Assembly: GCA_002811645.1 (NCBI GenBank)
Contig: PDIP01000142.1
Span: 1 to 64,000 of the forward strand
Reading direction: 5' to 3'
DNA length: 64,000 nucleotides
DNA from: Corallochytrium limacisporum Hawaii
Taxonomy: Eukaryota > Protista > Pluriformea
Part shown: positions 45,095-57,295 of the stretch, in pieces
Layout of the letters: each line of letters begins with the position of its first letter
Position numbering within the stretch: position 1 is the first letter of the stretch
Position numbers and translations under genes: made by a program
Notes under the pieces: generated by a model
The model's database searches: none
What the model was told of the DNA's origin: nothing
Seen by the model: only the letters and a program-made list of their open reading frames with translations

Positions 45095-46179
45095 GATTAG
45101 TTATGTTTGCAACCGTGTCAGCCAACCCTCTGATACGTATGCATAAATATTATTATGACTGAACACGCTACACGTGACCATACCTATAAATACCTTGTGA
45201 AGTCTTCCGTATCGAACAGTTCTTAGAGCAGTAACGATCGACAGACTCCAGCAGGCATCGCGTCTGGACGGTCCCCAGGGCCTGAGACACGCAGAAACCT
45301 TTGCCCCCTATCCCGTCACACTCGCGTATACACGGACCCGTCTCTACTAGTTCAGTTGATTTGCCGTTCGGGTTACTAGCGCGCCAAATCTCGGAGCCCC
45401 CATAGTCTGGTTACCTGAAAGGCCCAATGGCGTCCCCTTCCCAAACCCCGGGGGGGAGGGAGGGCTGGCCCTTTTTGCGAAAGGGCAAAGGCAACGGCAC
45501 TGGCTGTGCACTTGAGAAAAACTGATAACCTAATATTTAATTTCATGATTTTGTGTGTACCGCATCATTACTTTCTCGATTTGGTACGTCCACTACTCGG
45601 TACATTCTGCATTAAACGCCGGAGTGACCCGCCTTTTCATTTTAACTTTATCTCTTGGTTCCGAGTCCGAACGGGTTGCCAGTTGCTGCTGCATTATTGC
45701 CACACTAAGGCTATAGATTACAGGAGAAGAAAATTTTCGAGGTCACCTCTTCTGCTCCTGGAATGAATGGTGAGGCAAGGAGGGCCAAAGTGTGAGAAAA
45801 GATCAAGTGGATTGGTGTATGCGAAGTATGCGAGGAGTAGTACGGTTTAGTACCGGGTGCTGTAAGCGTGTCCGTCTCTGACAGGTATGTATGCACTCGC
45901 ATTTACAGAAGGCACGCACCTCATTAAAACACAGGAGTTCGAATGACGAGAATAGCGGACTGGGTTTTTGTTGCAGCGGCGCGTCATCACAGGCGGGTCA
46001 CAGAAAAAGGCGTGCTATTCCAGGCCGCCCACGAGCACCAAAAACTTCCAATCACGGTGCGATACTTTCTCTGCATAGGATGAATCCATGATCATCATCA
46101 GAACATCAACTGCCATGTCGGACGCTTCCCTGAGGTCACCGATGAGGGTCATATGGTACAGTCGATATAATGGACCCCA

Positions 46180-46692
46180 ATTCACATGCTGGACACCATG
46201 ATGACCGGCTGGAGACAGATAATTGCTCCCCCTCCTCTCCTCCTCCTCCTCCTCTTCTTATTCCATTTCACCGTAGAGTAATGGTAACGAATGTTAGGAG
46301 GAACACAGCACACATGCTCCTTCTGCGCCATGAGCACTATACGCTGCTCAAATCAGGAGTGGACGGACGTACGGTGGTGCGTGTGTTACGGTGTGGGTAA
46401 GAAACGGACACTCCTGCCAGGTTCCAGCCCGGTTTCTCCTGCTGCGCAAAATTTTCTTCATCTTCTCCTCCGTTGTGTTTTGGTCACCGTTGGTGGGAGG
46501 ATGAGCACAAGCACACAAAATCCAAGGAAGGGGTCGCAGAGGGTTCACCACCACAACCACCACCACCAAGGTCTAGCATCAGCAGGCTCACTGTTGATTG
46601 GGTGAACAAAGACCAGAGAAAATGGGTGGGGGTGTGGCAGGGGGAGTAATTATCTGTCTCCAGCCGGTCATCATGGTGTCCAGCATGTGAAT
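46180..46692. repeat. 54-bp inverted repeat pair (46180-46233 / 46639-46692), MITE-like or assembly-related
   Basis: ATTCACATGCTGGACACCATGATGACCGGCTGGAGACAGATAATT(G/A)CTCCCCCT is present in both orientations with 1 mismatch. The right copy runs into the N-gap. Confidence 0.85.
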
Positions 46693-47571
46693 NNNNNNNN
46701 NNNNNNNNNNNNNNNNNNNNNNNNNNNNNNNNNNNNNNNNNNNNNNNNNNNNNNNNNNNNNNNNNNNNNNNNNNNNNNNNNNNNNNNNNNNNNNNNNNNN
46801 NNNNNNNNNNNNNNNNNNNNNNNNNNNNNNNNNNNNNNNNNNNNNNNNNNNNNNNNNNNNNNNNNNNNNNNNNNNNNNGGGGTGGGGAAGGAGGGAGGAA
46901 ACCCAGCAAGGTAGGTCGCTCAGGTTCCATCGGTACCTCCCGCCGTAGATATACAGTATGCGGGGGCTTTTCAACAACAAGTACGGCGAGTTGCTTTTTC
47001 GGACCGACAGGAAAGGTGTCCCTGATCCCCACTGTCCGCCTTCCCAGCTGTGGGAGTATTGTGAGTGTGTGCAAAAAAGGGATCTCTTTGCTTTTTCTTC
47101 CGGTTGAAGACAGCAGTATTGCTGTTTATATGTAATGCGTCCCCCTTAAACCCCTCCAGCAGTACTGCTTGAGTCGTCTTCAACAGTCCTGTTTCCCCTC
47201 ATTTTTCCTTTCCTTCTGACTCCGTTCTGGAATTGGGATCCCGATGGGTGACGGACGAGGCAGTGCGCGAAACTTAAAATAGTGGGCATTGCGGTTCCGC
47301 GGCCTGTGGCGGGCTTCATTGAATGCGAGTCGGGTGTGCAAGTAATTGTTAGAACATGGCTGCCAACGAGTTAATACTACAGCGTGGTTCATATGGAGTG
47401 TATATATTGTGTGTGCTGGTACAAGAATTCAACGGCAAGAATTTCTGGGGCAAAAGGTCTCGCCATGGTGCGAATCACAAGGAACAGAATGCGGGTTTTG
47501 TGATTGTTCATTTGATATTCTAAAGAGCCATGACAGTAAACACAACCGTAACTTGATCTTTGTCTACACAT

Positions 47572-50500
47572 ATGGGCGTCCAGGATACATCGCAGGCTGG
47601 TCCTGCGAGAGCCCATGGAGGTGTTGTGGCCCATGGGAATGGTAAGGGATCAAGAAGCCCCAGTTCTTCACCACGAACAACTCCAACACATAGAGATTCA
47701 GCGCATGCCGTGGTAAGCGCCGGTGATCTTGTTAAAACTGCAACTGGTTTGACTCCAGTCTCTTCCACATATTTATCAGAAAGTCGGGAAAATATTGTAC
47801 GAAGTAGAGCTATGACAATATCACCGGGAACTCCTCCAACCCGAGCGTCTCTTGCAACATATAGCCCAGGGCGTAGTCGCCAAGACCTCAGAATGGGATC
47901 TCTTTTCAGCCGACTAAACTTGGACGACAATCAAAATGACGGGACAAGTTCTCCAGGCAGTCGAGTGTCATCTACAGTCGGGACACCCCGGGCAGGGACG
48001 GTCGCGTCTCCCAGGATGGCACCCGGTCCAGAACCACACTTTGAATACCCAACTGGGCTGGCAGCACTTGAGCTGGAGAAGAAGAACCTCGATGAAAAGA
48101 TGCAGCTTTTCATTGTGAATGGTGAGCGAGACATGTTGGCAATTATAGAGCAAGACGTGGCCAAGGCTCACAAGTTAGAAGAAATTCGTATCATCTCAGA
48201 ATTGATTGCGACAGCGTATGGGATCTTGGACTCGACGACATCACAGTTAGCATGTGGTGGGACTGTTGACATTACACACCAATTGCAGCTTCTCTACAAG
48301 TCAGTTGCGGAACAAAAACGCCGCGAGAATTGTACCGATCCTTTGGAACTGGAGATGCAAAAGAGACGCGATGCTACTCTGACTGGAAGGATTGCGAAGT
48401 TCATGTATGACCTCAGCACATTTTCGCAGGTACTGGAATGGCTGGGGCCAACTCTTGATGAGCTGACAGAGGAACAAGGTTTCGAGGATGAGTCATCCAG
48501 GCCAGCAGTGGAACGGAATGACAGCAAAAAGACTTTACTGGGTCCTGTTGGAAGACAATCTGTGGATGTAAACGAGAAGATCTTGGAGGAACAAATGAAG
48601 TTCAAGGGATTTCCTGCCAAGTGTTATATTTGCAACGATGTCTTCCCTATTGAGGAAATCAAAGCACACACAGCGGAATGCCGTTTACACGAATCTCCAG
48701 GGACTGTTCTCAGTGTGGATGTCATTGTTGCTCGGATGAGCGAGCTCCTCAAGGGATTGCATGAATGTGTTGACAGATACTATGAAGAAACCATGACACA
48801 GCCAATGGCACTCCTTGGTATCGCACGGGCCATGAAAGATCTTCAAACTGGTGTGAAGACAACCACCAAAGTGAGCAGGATGATTCCGAGAAGAAATTGC
48901 GTGTATGGCGAGGACCTGTTGGACTGGGTGAAAAATCACATAGATTGTCGAAACAGAACATCCACTGGCCGATCAATCCTCAATGCACTGCTTTATCACG
49001 AGTACATCCTGCCTGTCAGCGACTCGATTCTTCCGCTGATTCCAGATGGCAGCATGTCGGATACTGGTTTGTTCGATCCAGGCGCATGGTATCGGTTGCG
49101 TTCTGAAAAGACAACCAAACGCTTTTCAGCAGAGCTAAGACGGGATGATTCTCCTGTGAGAACATCGCTGTACAATGTAAAGGAGGATGGAATGGTCCGC
49201 GCTGATAGTGGCTCATCGATTGGACCTGAAGTGCACTTCAATGAGGACGAAAAGCTTGTTGCGGAATGGCATGCCAGCTCTTTGGGATGCGCTCTGAATA
49301 TAACAAGAATGACAGAAAGCGTGGTCAAGAAGATTGGGCCGGGTAAGGACATTGACCCAGAATTCCTGGCCAACGTCATGCGGCGCATGCAGCCACAGCT
49401 AAAATTTTACCATTTGGATCCCGAGCTGTACTATCTTGGTTCATCCGCCATGGACTTCATCAGTGATCTCCATGACTGCGTACTTCGGAACCAGATCCAG
49501 CCGCGACAATCGCTACCTGCGGTTTCAAGCCACGAGGCAGCGAATCTCGGCCTGAATGTTTTGACACCCCAGGCAACTCGAATCTCACTCAATGTGGGCT
49601 CCATGTCACAACGGCGTCGTCCTAGAGCCGGGCGGCGTGGAACACTACTGACAGAAGTCAAAAAGGAAATTTCACGTCTGGACGGGACCAAACCGGGCAA
49701 GCGACTGCCGGGTAAGGAAGACTTTGAAATTCTTAAGCCCATCAGTCGCGGCGCGTTTGGAAAAGTATACCTAGCAAAGAAGAGGGACAGCGGACAGTTG
49801 TACGCAATGAAAGTAATCAAGAAGGAGGACATGGTGAGGAAGAACATGGTAGATCAAGTAATTGCCGAGCGCAATGCGCAAGCACTTGTCACATCCCCGC
49901 TGATTGTGAAACTGTTCTATTCGTTCCAAAGTTTCGACGAATTGTATTTCGTGATGGAGTACATGATTGGCGGTGATCTCGGCTCTCTACTTGCTGCAGT
50001 GGGATGTTTCGAAGAGGATATGATCATTTGGTACACGGCAGAAATGGCAATTGCAATCCACTACCTGCATGCCCACGGGGTGATTCACCGTGACATCAAG
50101 CCAGATAATGTACTGATTAACGCGCAGGGTCATCTGAAGCTGAGTGATTTTGGATTGTCTCACGTCAATCCCCAAGCCATTTCCGCTGGTGCGGACGGTG
50201 TCGAGGCCGCTGTACGGCGAGAACGTGAGCAAGTGGGAGAGTACACTCCGGGTCAAATAGAAAGTGGATCTCAACGTATTCTACACTCCACTATGAAGCG
50301 CAAGTCGCCACGCTCGACATCAAAGCGAAAGCGACCAGATGGTTTGCATGATCGGAACGGCCCTGTGATGGGAACACCTGACTACCTTGCCCCTGAACTG
50401 CTTCTGGGTCTTGGTCATGGTGATGGCGTAGATTGGTGGGCCCTTGGTATCGTGATGTACGAAATGCTTTGTGGCATTCCTCCTTTCCACGACGACTCTG

Positions 50501-50937
50501 AGGCTGCAGTCTTTGAGAACATCATTGCTCGAGATCTCGAGTGGCCCGCTGTACCAGATGAAATGTCACCACAGATGGGTCAAGCCATTGACAAATTGTT
50601 GACCTCTGACCCGAAGCGACGCCCAAACTTCTCTGACTTGCAAGCAATGGCTCTCTTCAGAGACATAGATTGGGATCATATTCTGGAGAAGGAGGCTCCT
50701 TGGGTCCCAGAACCATTTACAGACGATGATACCTCATACTTCGATGCTCGCAATGATGTCCGGAACATTCGCTTCACGGAAATCAAGAACTACGAACAGG
50801 TAAAGACCATCCTGCGCACGAAGTCTGTCAGTCTTGATCAACTGAGTGATGAGGATCACCATGAACACCACGACTTAAGCAAAGTTTTGAGCCCAGAGTG
50901 TGAATCAGACACGCTTCCAACTTACAATGAGTTCTAG
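47572..50937 (+). CDS. Greatwall/MASTL-like AGC Ser/Thr kinase with N-terminal C2HC zinc finger and DEP-like domain
   Basis: FEILKPISRGAFGKVYLAKK, KNMVDQVIAERNA, VMEYMIGGDL.SLL, HRDIKPDN, DFGLS-insert(TPGQ)-GTPDYLAPELLLG, AGC tail PWVP...DDTSYFDARN. Upstream are CYIC-x12-HTAEC and RRNCVYGEDLLDWV...GRSILNALL..EYILPV. First ATG is at 47572. Confidence 0.85.
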   Translation: MGVQDTSQAGPARAHGGVVAHGNGKGSRSPSSSPRTTPTHRDSAHAVVSAGDLVKTATGLTPVSSTYLSESRENIVRSRAMTISPGTPPTRASLATYSPGRSRQDLRMGSLFSRLNLDDNQNDGTSSPGSRVSSTVGTPRAGTVASPRMAPGPEPHFEYPTGLAALELEKKNLDEKMQLFIVNGERDMLAIIEQDVAKAHKLEEIRIISELIATAYGILDSTTSQLACGGTVDITHQLQLLYKSVAEQKRRENCTDPLELEMQKRRDATLTGRIAKFMYDLSTFSQVLEWLGPTLDELTEEQGFEDESSRPAVERNDSKKTLLGPVGRQSVDVNEKILEEQMKFKGFPAKCYICNDVFPIEEIKAHTAECRLHESPGTVLSVDVIVARMSELLKGLHECVDRYYEETMTQPMALLGIARAMKDLQTGVKTTTKVSRMIPRRNCVYGEDLLDWVKNHIDCRNRTSTGRSILNALLYHEYILPVSDSILPLIPDGSMSDTGLFDPGAWYRLRSEKTTKRFSAELRRDDSPVRTSLYNVKEDGMVRADSGSSIGPEVHFNEDEKLVAEWHASSLGCALNITRMTESVVKKIGPGKDIDPEFLANVMRRMQPQLKFYHLDPELYYLGSSAMDFISDLHDCVLRNQIQPRQSLPAVSSHEAANLGLNVLTPQATRISLNVGSMSQRRRPRAGRRGTLLTEVKKEISRLDGTKPGKRLPGKEDFEILKPISRGAFGKVYLAKKRDSGQLYAMKVIKKEDMVRKNMVDQVIAERNAQALVTSPLIVKLFYSFQSFDELYFVMEYMIGGDLGSLLAAVGCFEEDMIIWYTAEMAIAIHYLHAHGVIHRDIKPDNVLINAQGHLKLSDFGLSHVNPQAISAGADGVEAAVRREREQVGEYTPGQIESGSQRILHSTMKRKSPRSTSKRKRPDGLHDRNGPVMGTPDYLAPELLLGLGHGDGVDWWALGIVMYEMLCGIPPFHDDSEAAVFENIIARDLEWPAVPDEMSPQMGQAIDKLLTSDPKRRPNFSDLQAMALFRDIDWDHILEKEAPWVPEPFTDDDTSYFDARNDVRNIRFTEIKNYEQVKTILRTKSVSLDQLSDEDHHEHHDLSKVLSPECESDTLPTYNEF

Positions 50938-51043
50938 CATGCCCGTTAGAATACATCTGATAGCAACATAACGAATCGTAACTAAGGGTCTATTTCTTTA
51001 GTCTTTCTTTACACAGTGTACAATCGACTACTGAACCATTAAC

Positions 51044-51373
51044 TCATTTTGGGGGTTCGCCCTTTTTCTCTGCTTCCTCTTGGTTCATACCCCGGAGCAT
51101 GTGGAACTGTGGTGCCAATTCCTTCCACATAACCCTCCCCCGGGCTAATGCAAGGCGGATCTGTTCAGGGTCCTTTAGATGCTTTTGAGACCTGAACTCT
51201 TCGCGTACCCAGTTTCTCATATAAATTCTTTGATCATCAAATTCAATACCTCGAACAAACTTCATGCATTGTCTATAGAACGCAATCACCTGCCTCCTGA
51301 GCATAAAATCTTTCAATCCCATAGGATTCAGGTTAGCGCGCTTTGCACTCATAACTACAGAGGAAAAGATCAT
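51044..51373 (-). CDS. LYRM2: LYR-motif mitochondrial protein (LYRM2-like)
   Basis: LKDFMLRRQVIAFYR...MRNWVREEFRSQKH..DPEQIR..LARGR. The start could be 51352. Confidence 0.82.
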   Translation of the reverse strand: MIFSSVVMSAKRANLNPMGLKDFMLRRQVIAFYRQCMKFVRGIEFDDQRIYMRNWVREEFRSQKHLKDPEQIRLALARGRVMWKELAPQFHMLRGMNQEEAEKKGEPPK

Positions 51374-52089
51374 ATTCTAGGAAACCATCTTTTCTTTGAC
51401 GACTGTATTCGAATGTGTTGAATGGTATTCATACTATGACGATTCTTTGAATGCGTTAAGTAGATGGTGCACGTTGCTGGACAATGGTGAAAGTACGTCT
51501 GCACCCGGTTAGCAGTCACACAAACCCACCGGCCGGTGACAAGTTTATTCCGAGAGAAAAATATTGATTGATTTATTGATCCGATGGGTTCAGACTTGGT
51601 CCCTAGGAAATTCAAGGGACATGGTCCACACGATGACGAGTGCAACAATTGTGGCTGGTGAACGGGCTTGAGACACAAGAAAAACGCACGAAAGTAGATA
51701 GAGAACCACGGTAGATCATCAGAGGAAAATCAACAAGAGGCCGTTCTGAGATCGATCTGAATAAATTCTTGGCGGTGATCGACGATGCGAGTGTAAGACT
51801 CGTACCATACAGTGCGCCCCCGAATTGAATGCCCGGTGTACAAAATAGTATGGAAGAAAAAAGTATGAGATGTGTATTGATATATACCCGAATGCAAATT
51901 GGGATTCCTATGCTTCTGTGTGAGAACACTTATGCTTGTGTAAATGCTAATTCAGTCTCTGCTTTGCGGAAACATTTTATGATGGAAACACAGTATACCT
52001 TTCTGAACTTCCCAGAGCATGCATGAATCATACGCTGTCAGTGTATCAAAATGGCATTGTATTGTCCCGTAGAACGATTGATAAATACT

Positions 52090-52260
52090 TTACCGGTACT
52101 TGTTGAAACCGATGTCATTGGAGTACTGGCGGAAGCACTGACGACACAGGTTCAGGCCGTACTTACGGATCAAACCGTGACGGTTGGAGCACACGCGGCA
52201 CTGGCGAGAACCAGGTCCGAAGTTGCGGGGGTGGCTGTACCAGAGATCGTGGAAACCCAT
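52090..52260 (-). CDS. RPS29: 40S ribosomal protein S29 (uS14), 56 aa; below the ORF-track length cutoff
   Basis: Manual translation: [56 protein letters not shown]. Confidence 0.98.
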   Translation of the reverse strand: MGFHDLWYSHPRNFGPGSRQCRVCSNRHGLIRKYGLNLCRQCFRQYSNDIGFNKYR

Positions 52261-52874
52261 GTTGAATTTGTATATTGTCTACCGAGCGATTATATACTAA
52301 AACTAAATGATTGTCACAATTCAGGATGCTATAAGTACAGTTTCATTTATACCCTTCTTAACGGCATCTGGTCGGGCAGTAGTTTAAGGCTGAATAGGAC
52401 TTCCTAGAAGCAGGAACTTTGGTACTGTCAGACGTTTCTACAACCACTGAGTATGGGCAAGGCCCCAGAACCTACTTACCCTGGGTGCCGACATACTTTC
52501 AGAACCTACTTTCCTGCTCCCGTTTCTTAGCCCGGCCTCGGTGTTGAGTGATGCACAGTAACTCAGCACATTCAGTACCGAGGTGAAGAGGGAGGGATGA
52601 AAATAGTTTAAGTACTGAGGACGCAAAGTACCGAATTCCAGAATTTCGAAAAAACAACAGTCTTTCCTCATTTTCGTCAAGAAAAAGTTTTGTGTGTGAA
52701 TTATTTGTGTGTGTTTTTTCCCGTGCGCAGGGGAGGGAGGGGGGAACCCCCTCCCGGGAAACCCCCTCCCGCTCTGCATTGTAAGCTAGATCTCAACTAA
52801 AGAGTACCGTCCTTGCAGTGCAACGAGAAAGGTTAATAGCTAAAGTTGCACAGTAGTTCAAAGTGGTAGTGCGT

Positions 52875-55800
52875 TTACATGAGCGCATCGTTGCACACTA
52901 TGTTGTAGCTAGCACAGATACGCCTAATGATGTCCATGACAATATCGCGTTCAAAGCTCAGCTGGTTCACCACTACGGCGATTGCAAGGTTCAGCTCAGG
53001 CAGCACAGGCCGATGGATCCAGCCATACCAGTGTGACCAAAGCCCATGTACTCCTTGCCATCATTTTGGAACTTGTAGAGACGCACGCCACGACCCCACT
53101 GTAACATCGCATTCTTGTCGTTGCCTTTGGCTGGCTCCATCATGTCGCGGGCAAGGGGGCGATTGTCTTCGCTACAAAGCCAGTTGTAGAATGTCGCGAG
53201 ACCGCGGGCGCTGAAGTGGCCATTGGCAGCCGGGATGCAAGACTGGCGCATGGTGCGAGAGTTGAAGATGCAGGGGTCAACCATCTGCGCAGTAGCGTCT
53301 TCCATGGGTGGAGGTGCGGAATCAGCTCCCATCAGCTCCTTCATTTCATTGCGAATGTCTTCAATCATCTGCTGCAGTTCCTCAGGGCTTGGTGCCTGGC
53401 CAGATGATCCAAAACCGTTGCACAGCGTGGCGATGCGCCCCTGCAACAAGTACTCGTTGTAGTCAACCCTGTCCTTGGGTAGGCCAAGGTACAGTTCATC
53501 AGAGATGCCCAAAGGTACTGCAAATCGCTCGTAAACTATATCCCGGATGTGCTTCTTGGGCCCTATGCGCTCAACAATTCCACCAACTAGCCATCCAAAT
53601 GAGAGGTAATGGTAGTAACTCTTGCCGATGACAGCAGGTTGGGCCTCCGCGATCAGGCTGACCATGTGTTCCCAGTCAGAAATCTTCTCGAGACTGATGC
53701 TCATGCTCGCAGCATTGTTCAATCCAGCTTGATGACAGAGGGCTTGCTCAATAGTGATGTCTTCCTTGCCCTTTTGTGCAAATTCAGGCCAGTATTTGGA
53801 TATCTTGTCATCATATCGTGCATGCCCATCTTGAATTAAGACATGCAGAGCAGCAGCTGCAACCGCCTTGGTGACGCTGAAGACATTGAAGAGAGTATCT
53901 TCCTGAACCGGGCGAGGATCAACATTGCCAAGGGTACCACTAGAAAGGCTAACGATTGGTTCTCCGTCCTTGAAAGCATACACTTGAAACCCAGTCAGCA
54001 TGTTCTTAAAGTACTCCCGACGCATCAGGGAGGCCAAGGTCGATCCAAGAGCCCCGTTGACAGAGTGGTTTGTGACCACCTGCTTAGCATGAAACTCCTC
54101 CTTCCACTTGCGGACCATAGCAAGCTTTGCATAGGGACTCATCACTCGCAGGTACGGCAGGCGAATATGTAGCCCGCTGCACAAGCCGCGCAAGAGCATG
54201 ATGACTCGAAAAAAGAAAACTAGCTCTCCTGGCCAGGCGTCGATGGGATTGCGCTTTCGAAGGGGCTGCTGTTTTTGCCGCTCCTGCTTCAACTTTTTGA
54301 ACGCAGCCATCTCCTTCTTCACAATCGCAGGAGGCTGCGTGTCCCTGGTAATATACCGAATCTGTTCCATATCGTAGGTTGGATCCTCCCGATTGAGGCG
54401 CAGGCCCATTTCTTCAAATGATGCCATGAGACCGCCGTAATCCATGTCCGATGCACTTTGAATCATTCTTGCGAAAGCCAGCCGCTTATCGGAGCTCAGC
54501 TCCTTGCACAATCCGAAATCAAGTAGAACTGGTGTAGCATGCCCATTTTCGACGTGCACTAAGATATTGCCAGGATGGGGATCGGCATTGAATACCCCAT
54601 CGACGAAGAGCTGGTTGGCATATGCTTGACATACGCGCTGAACCAGAGATATGCGATCAACACCATGCTCTTTCAGAGAGTCTTCATCCGTGATTTTGAA
54701 CCCTTCGACGAAATCCATGACCAGAATCTTGTCCGTAGTGTACTTTTCGAAAATCTCTGGAATGATGACATTGAGGCCAGCCTTCTCCATATTGTTCTTG
54801 ACCAGGATTTGCCGACGAGACTCATTGCGAAAATCCAGTTCACGCATAGCCTCTGTGGACCATTCATTCACTATAGGTCTGAAATCGAACTCCGGCTCCA
54901 GGTAGGCCACAATACCCATGATGGTGGCCATATTGTTCAGGTCCTGCTTAATGATTTCCTGGATGTTCTTGTGTTGCACCTTGATGACAACGTGGCGTTC
55001 ACCGTGTAAGGTCGCACGGTGCACCTGAGCAATGGACGCTGCAGCCAGTGGTTTCTCTGATACTTCTTCAAAGACATCACCAACATCGGTCTGCAATTCC
55101 TGCTCTAGGGTCGTCCTGATCTCCTCAAAGGGATCGAAAGGTACTGCATCCTGCAAACCACGGAGGGCCTTGATCCATGTATCAGGGACCACATCGGCTC
55201 TTGAACTCATAAATTGCCCAGCCTTCACCCAGAGGCCACGAAGCTTCACCATGTCATTGTAAACGATGACGCTGTACTTCCTATGGGCGGTCTCGTACCA
55301 TTCATCTTCCTGTGCTTGCAATGGTTTCATATATTGACAGCGCTTTCGCAAGAACCAGTAAGCACCAATGACGCGAAAAGCAAGCAGCATCACCCGAAAC
55401 TGGCGTGCAAAGAGAGTGTTTGCTAACATAGTCCGCAAAGCAAGTACAGTAATCAGCATGGAGCCTACGATTCCACTCGTCACTAGGGTGAGTAAAGACA
55501 AGGACTGCAGATAACTGACAGCCCCGTGAGCGTATTCCGAAATTGCTGATGTGGCTGCTTCAGCATATGTTTCCTGTGACTTCGTAGTTGTAAAACTGAG
55601 GAGGGACCATGCCCCTCGAGCAGGGGCCGGAGCGTCCAACGCGTTCTGAACGGGGCCCGTGACTAGCATTAAAGTAGCTGCACCTATAAGGATACCAAGG
55701 CCAAGTATACCGAGAGTTCTCGGTATCAAAAGGGGACTTCCTTGAATCCCATGGCCTGATCGTTGGAGATAAAAAATTTCATCCTCGAGTGACTTGATCT

Positions 55801-56677
55801 TTGACTTCAAAATCGACAGAATTCTGCCATCAGCACTGTCTTCGGTAATCGTTTCAGACGCCACTGGGACGGAACCCAGTTGGCGAATTTGTGCCTCTAG
55901 TCGGTCTGAGACGATGCCAACCTTAACAGGTTTTTCCTCTTGGTACGCCCTCAAACTGTCTGGTGACATAGCCTGATTATCTGCTTCGAAGGATGTATCT
56001 GCCATTTTGTCTTCACAAGTGATTGTATCTTCGCTGTTACCATCACCGCATTCCACACATAACTTCGATGCCCCCTTCACGGCATGCACGACACATGCAG
56101 AACAGCACTGTTTTCTGCACTCTAAGCAGGAATGCCGCTTTGTGAGCAGTCCAAACTTCTTTCCGCATAGATCACAGTTGCTTACCTTCCCTGCAACACT
56201 AGTCGGAGTACTGCGCAAGCTTGGAGAGGAGCGAGAGCGACTCAAAATGTTCTTAAAATGCAGGTCCTCTTGGGTAAGATCGTGAGCTTCCCGAAGAAAA
56301 GGCATAAGGCGTATCATGACACTCCTGTCACCTTCGATTTTGCTTTGCCCCGGAGCATTACGAAGCTGCCTCAACATCTGCAGACGACTCAAACGACTCC
56401 CGGCAAAGTTTGTAATAAAAGTTGACCAGGACATCCGGAGAAGAAGATCCCGTTGAGGGCATGTTCCCTCTACAACATTAGAGTTTTCTCCATCTAGAAT
56501 AACGTGCCATGCCGCTGTGTCGGTAAATTGGAATTCACAACTTCTCTTCTCCTTCCCTGGAGGGAGTTTCTTGATTACACTGGCGAGGGCCTCGAAGTAG
56601 TCCCTTGGCAGGATGGTCTGCTTTGGCACCATCGTGGAGTAAAGCGACCCAGAGAATCCCGTTCCTGTCGCCTTCAT
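52875..56677 (-). CDS. Multidomain SCP2-like / FYVE-like / TM / ABC1 (ADCK, UbiB) atypical kinase / serine beta-lactamase-like protein, with an apparent 1-nt frameshift at about 53000
   Basis: ABC1 motifs VKAGQ, PLAAASIAQVHRA, VIKVQH, FNADPHPGN, LLDFG. Lactamase motifs FSVTK (SxxK), YHYLSFGWL, FGHTGMAGS. CDLC..KFGLL.KRHSCLEC...CCSAC...LCVEC. SCP2-like WHVILDG...DLLLRMSWSTF...KIEGD. The track ORF stops at 52991, but the family-typical tail PELNLAIAVVVNQL continues in another frame to 52875. Confidence 0.85.
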
Positions 56678-57295
56678 ACCTCCACCGATTTCGATGTCAT
56701 TTCATTTCGCTTTAAAGTCAAATACCATTACTGGCCGCTATGTCACAGGGTGAAGGACAAATTTGGCCCACCGGCCAATTCCTCGATAACGAAGTCTCAC
56801 TGTGCACACTTTCTACCTCCCCGCCCGGATCAGTGCGCATTCGCAAATTGATACTATGGCTATGGTGATTGAAACACGGACGAAGAATGAATGGTACCTT
56901 CCCCGCTCACACCAAATTGTGCTGATCCGTACACCCAGCGAATCGCACGCAAGAGAGGGGGCAATGGAATAAAGCCACACTGTCACCTGACCCCATCCGC
57001 AAAGGACGCGAAGCAACTGATGTGCATAAAAAAGGAGGGGCCGGGATTACGGGTAGGGACGGGGCACCGGGCCCTCTCCACTGCCAGCAACCAACCAACC
57101 CCCCCTCCCGCGGGGATGAGGTGTCGTTTTTGCCTCGCGAGAATCTCTCCTCGTCCGACTCAATAGGCCGACGGAAATGGAAGGCAGGAGAACAATAGTG
57201 GTTCGTGTGTTGGATGGAATGGGACCGGAGTTGATCATCAAAAGTCAGTTTGCGTTTCCAACTAAAGGAGAAGGTCTATGTATTGTAACGAAACT

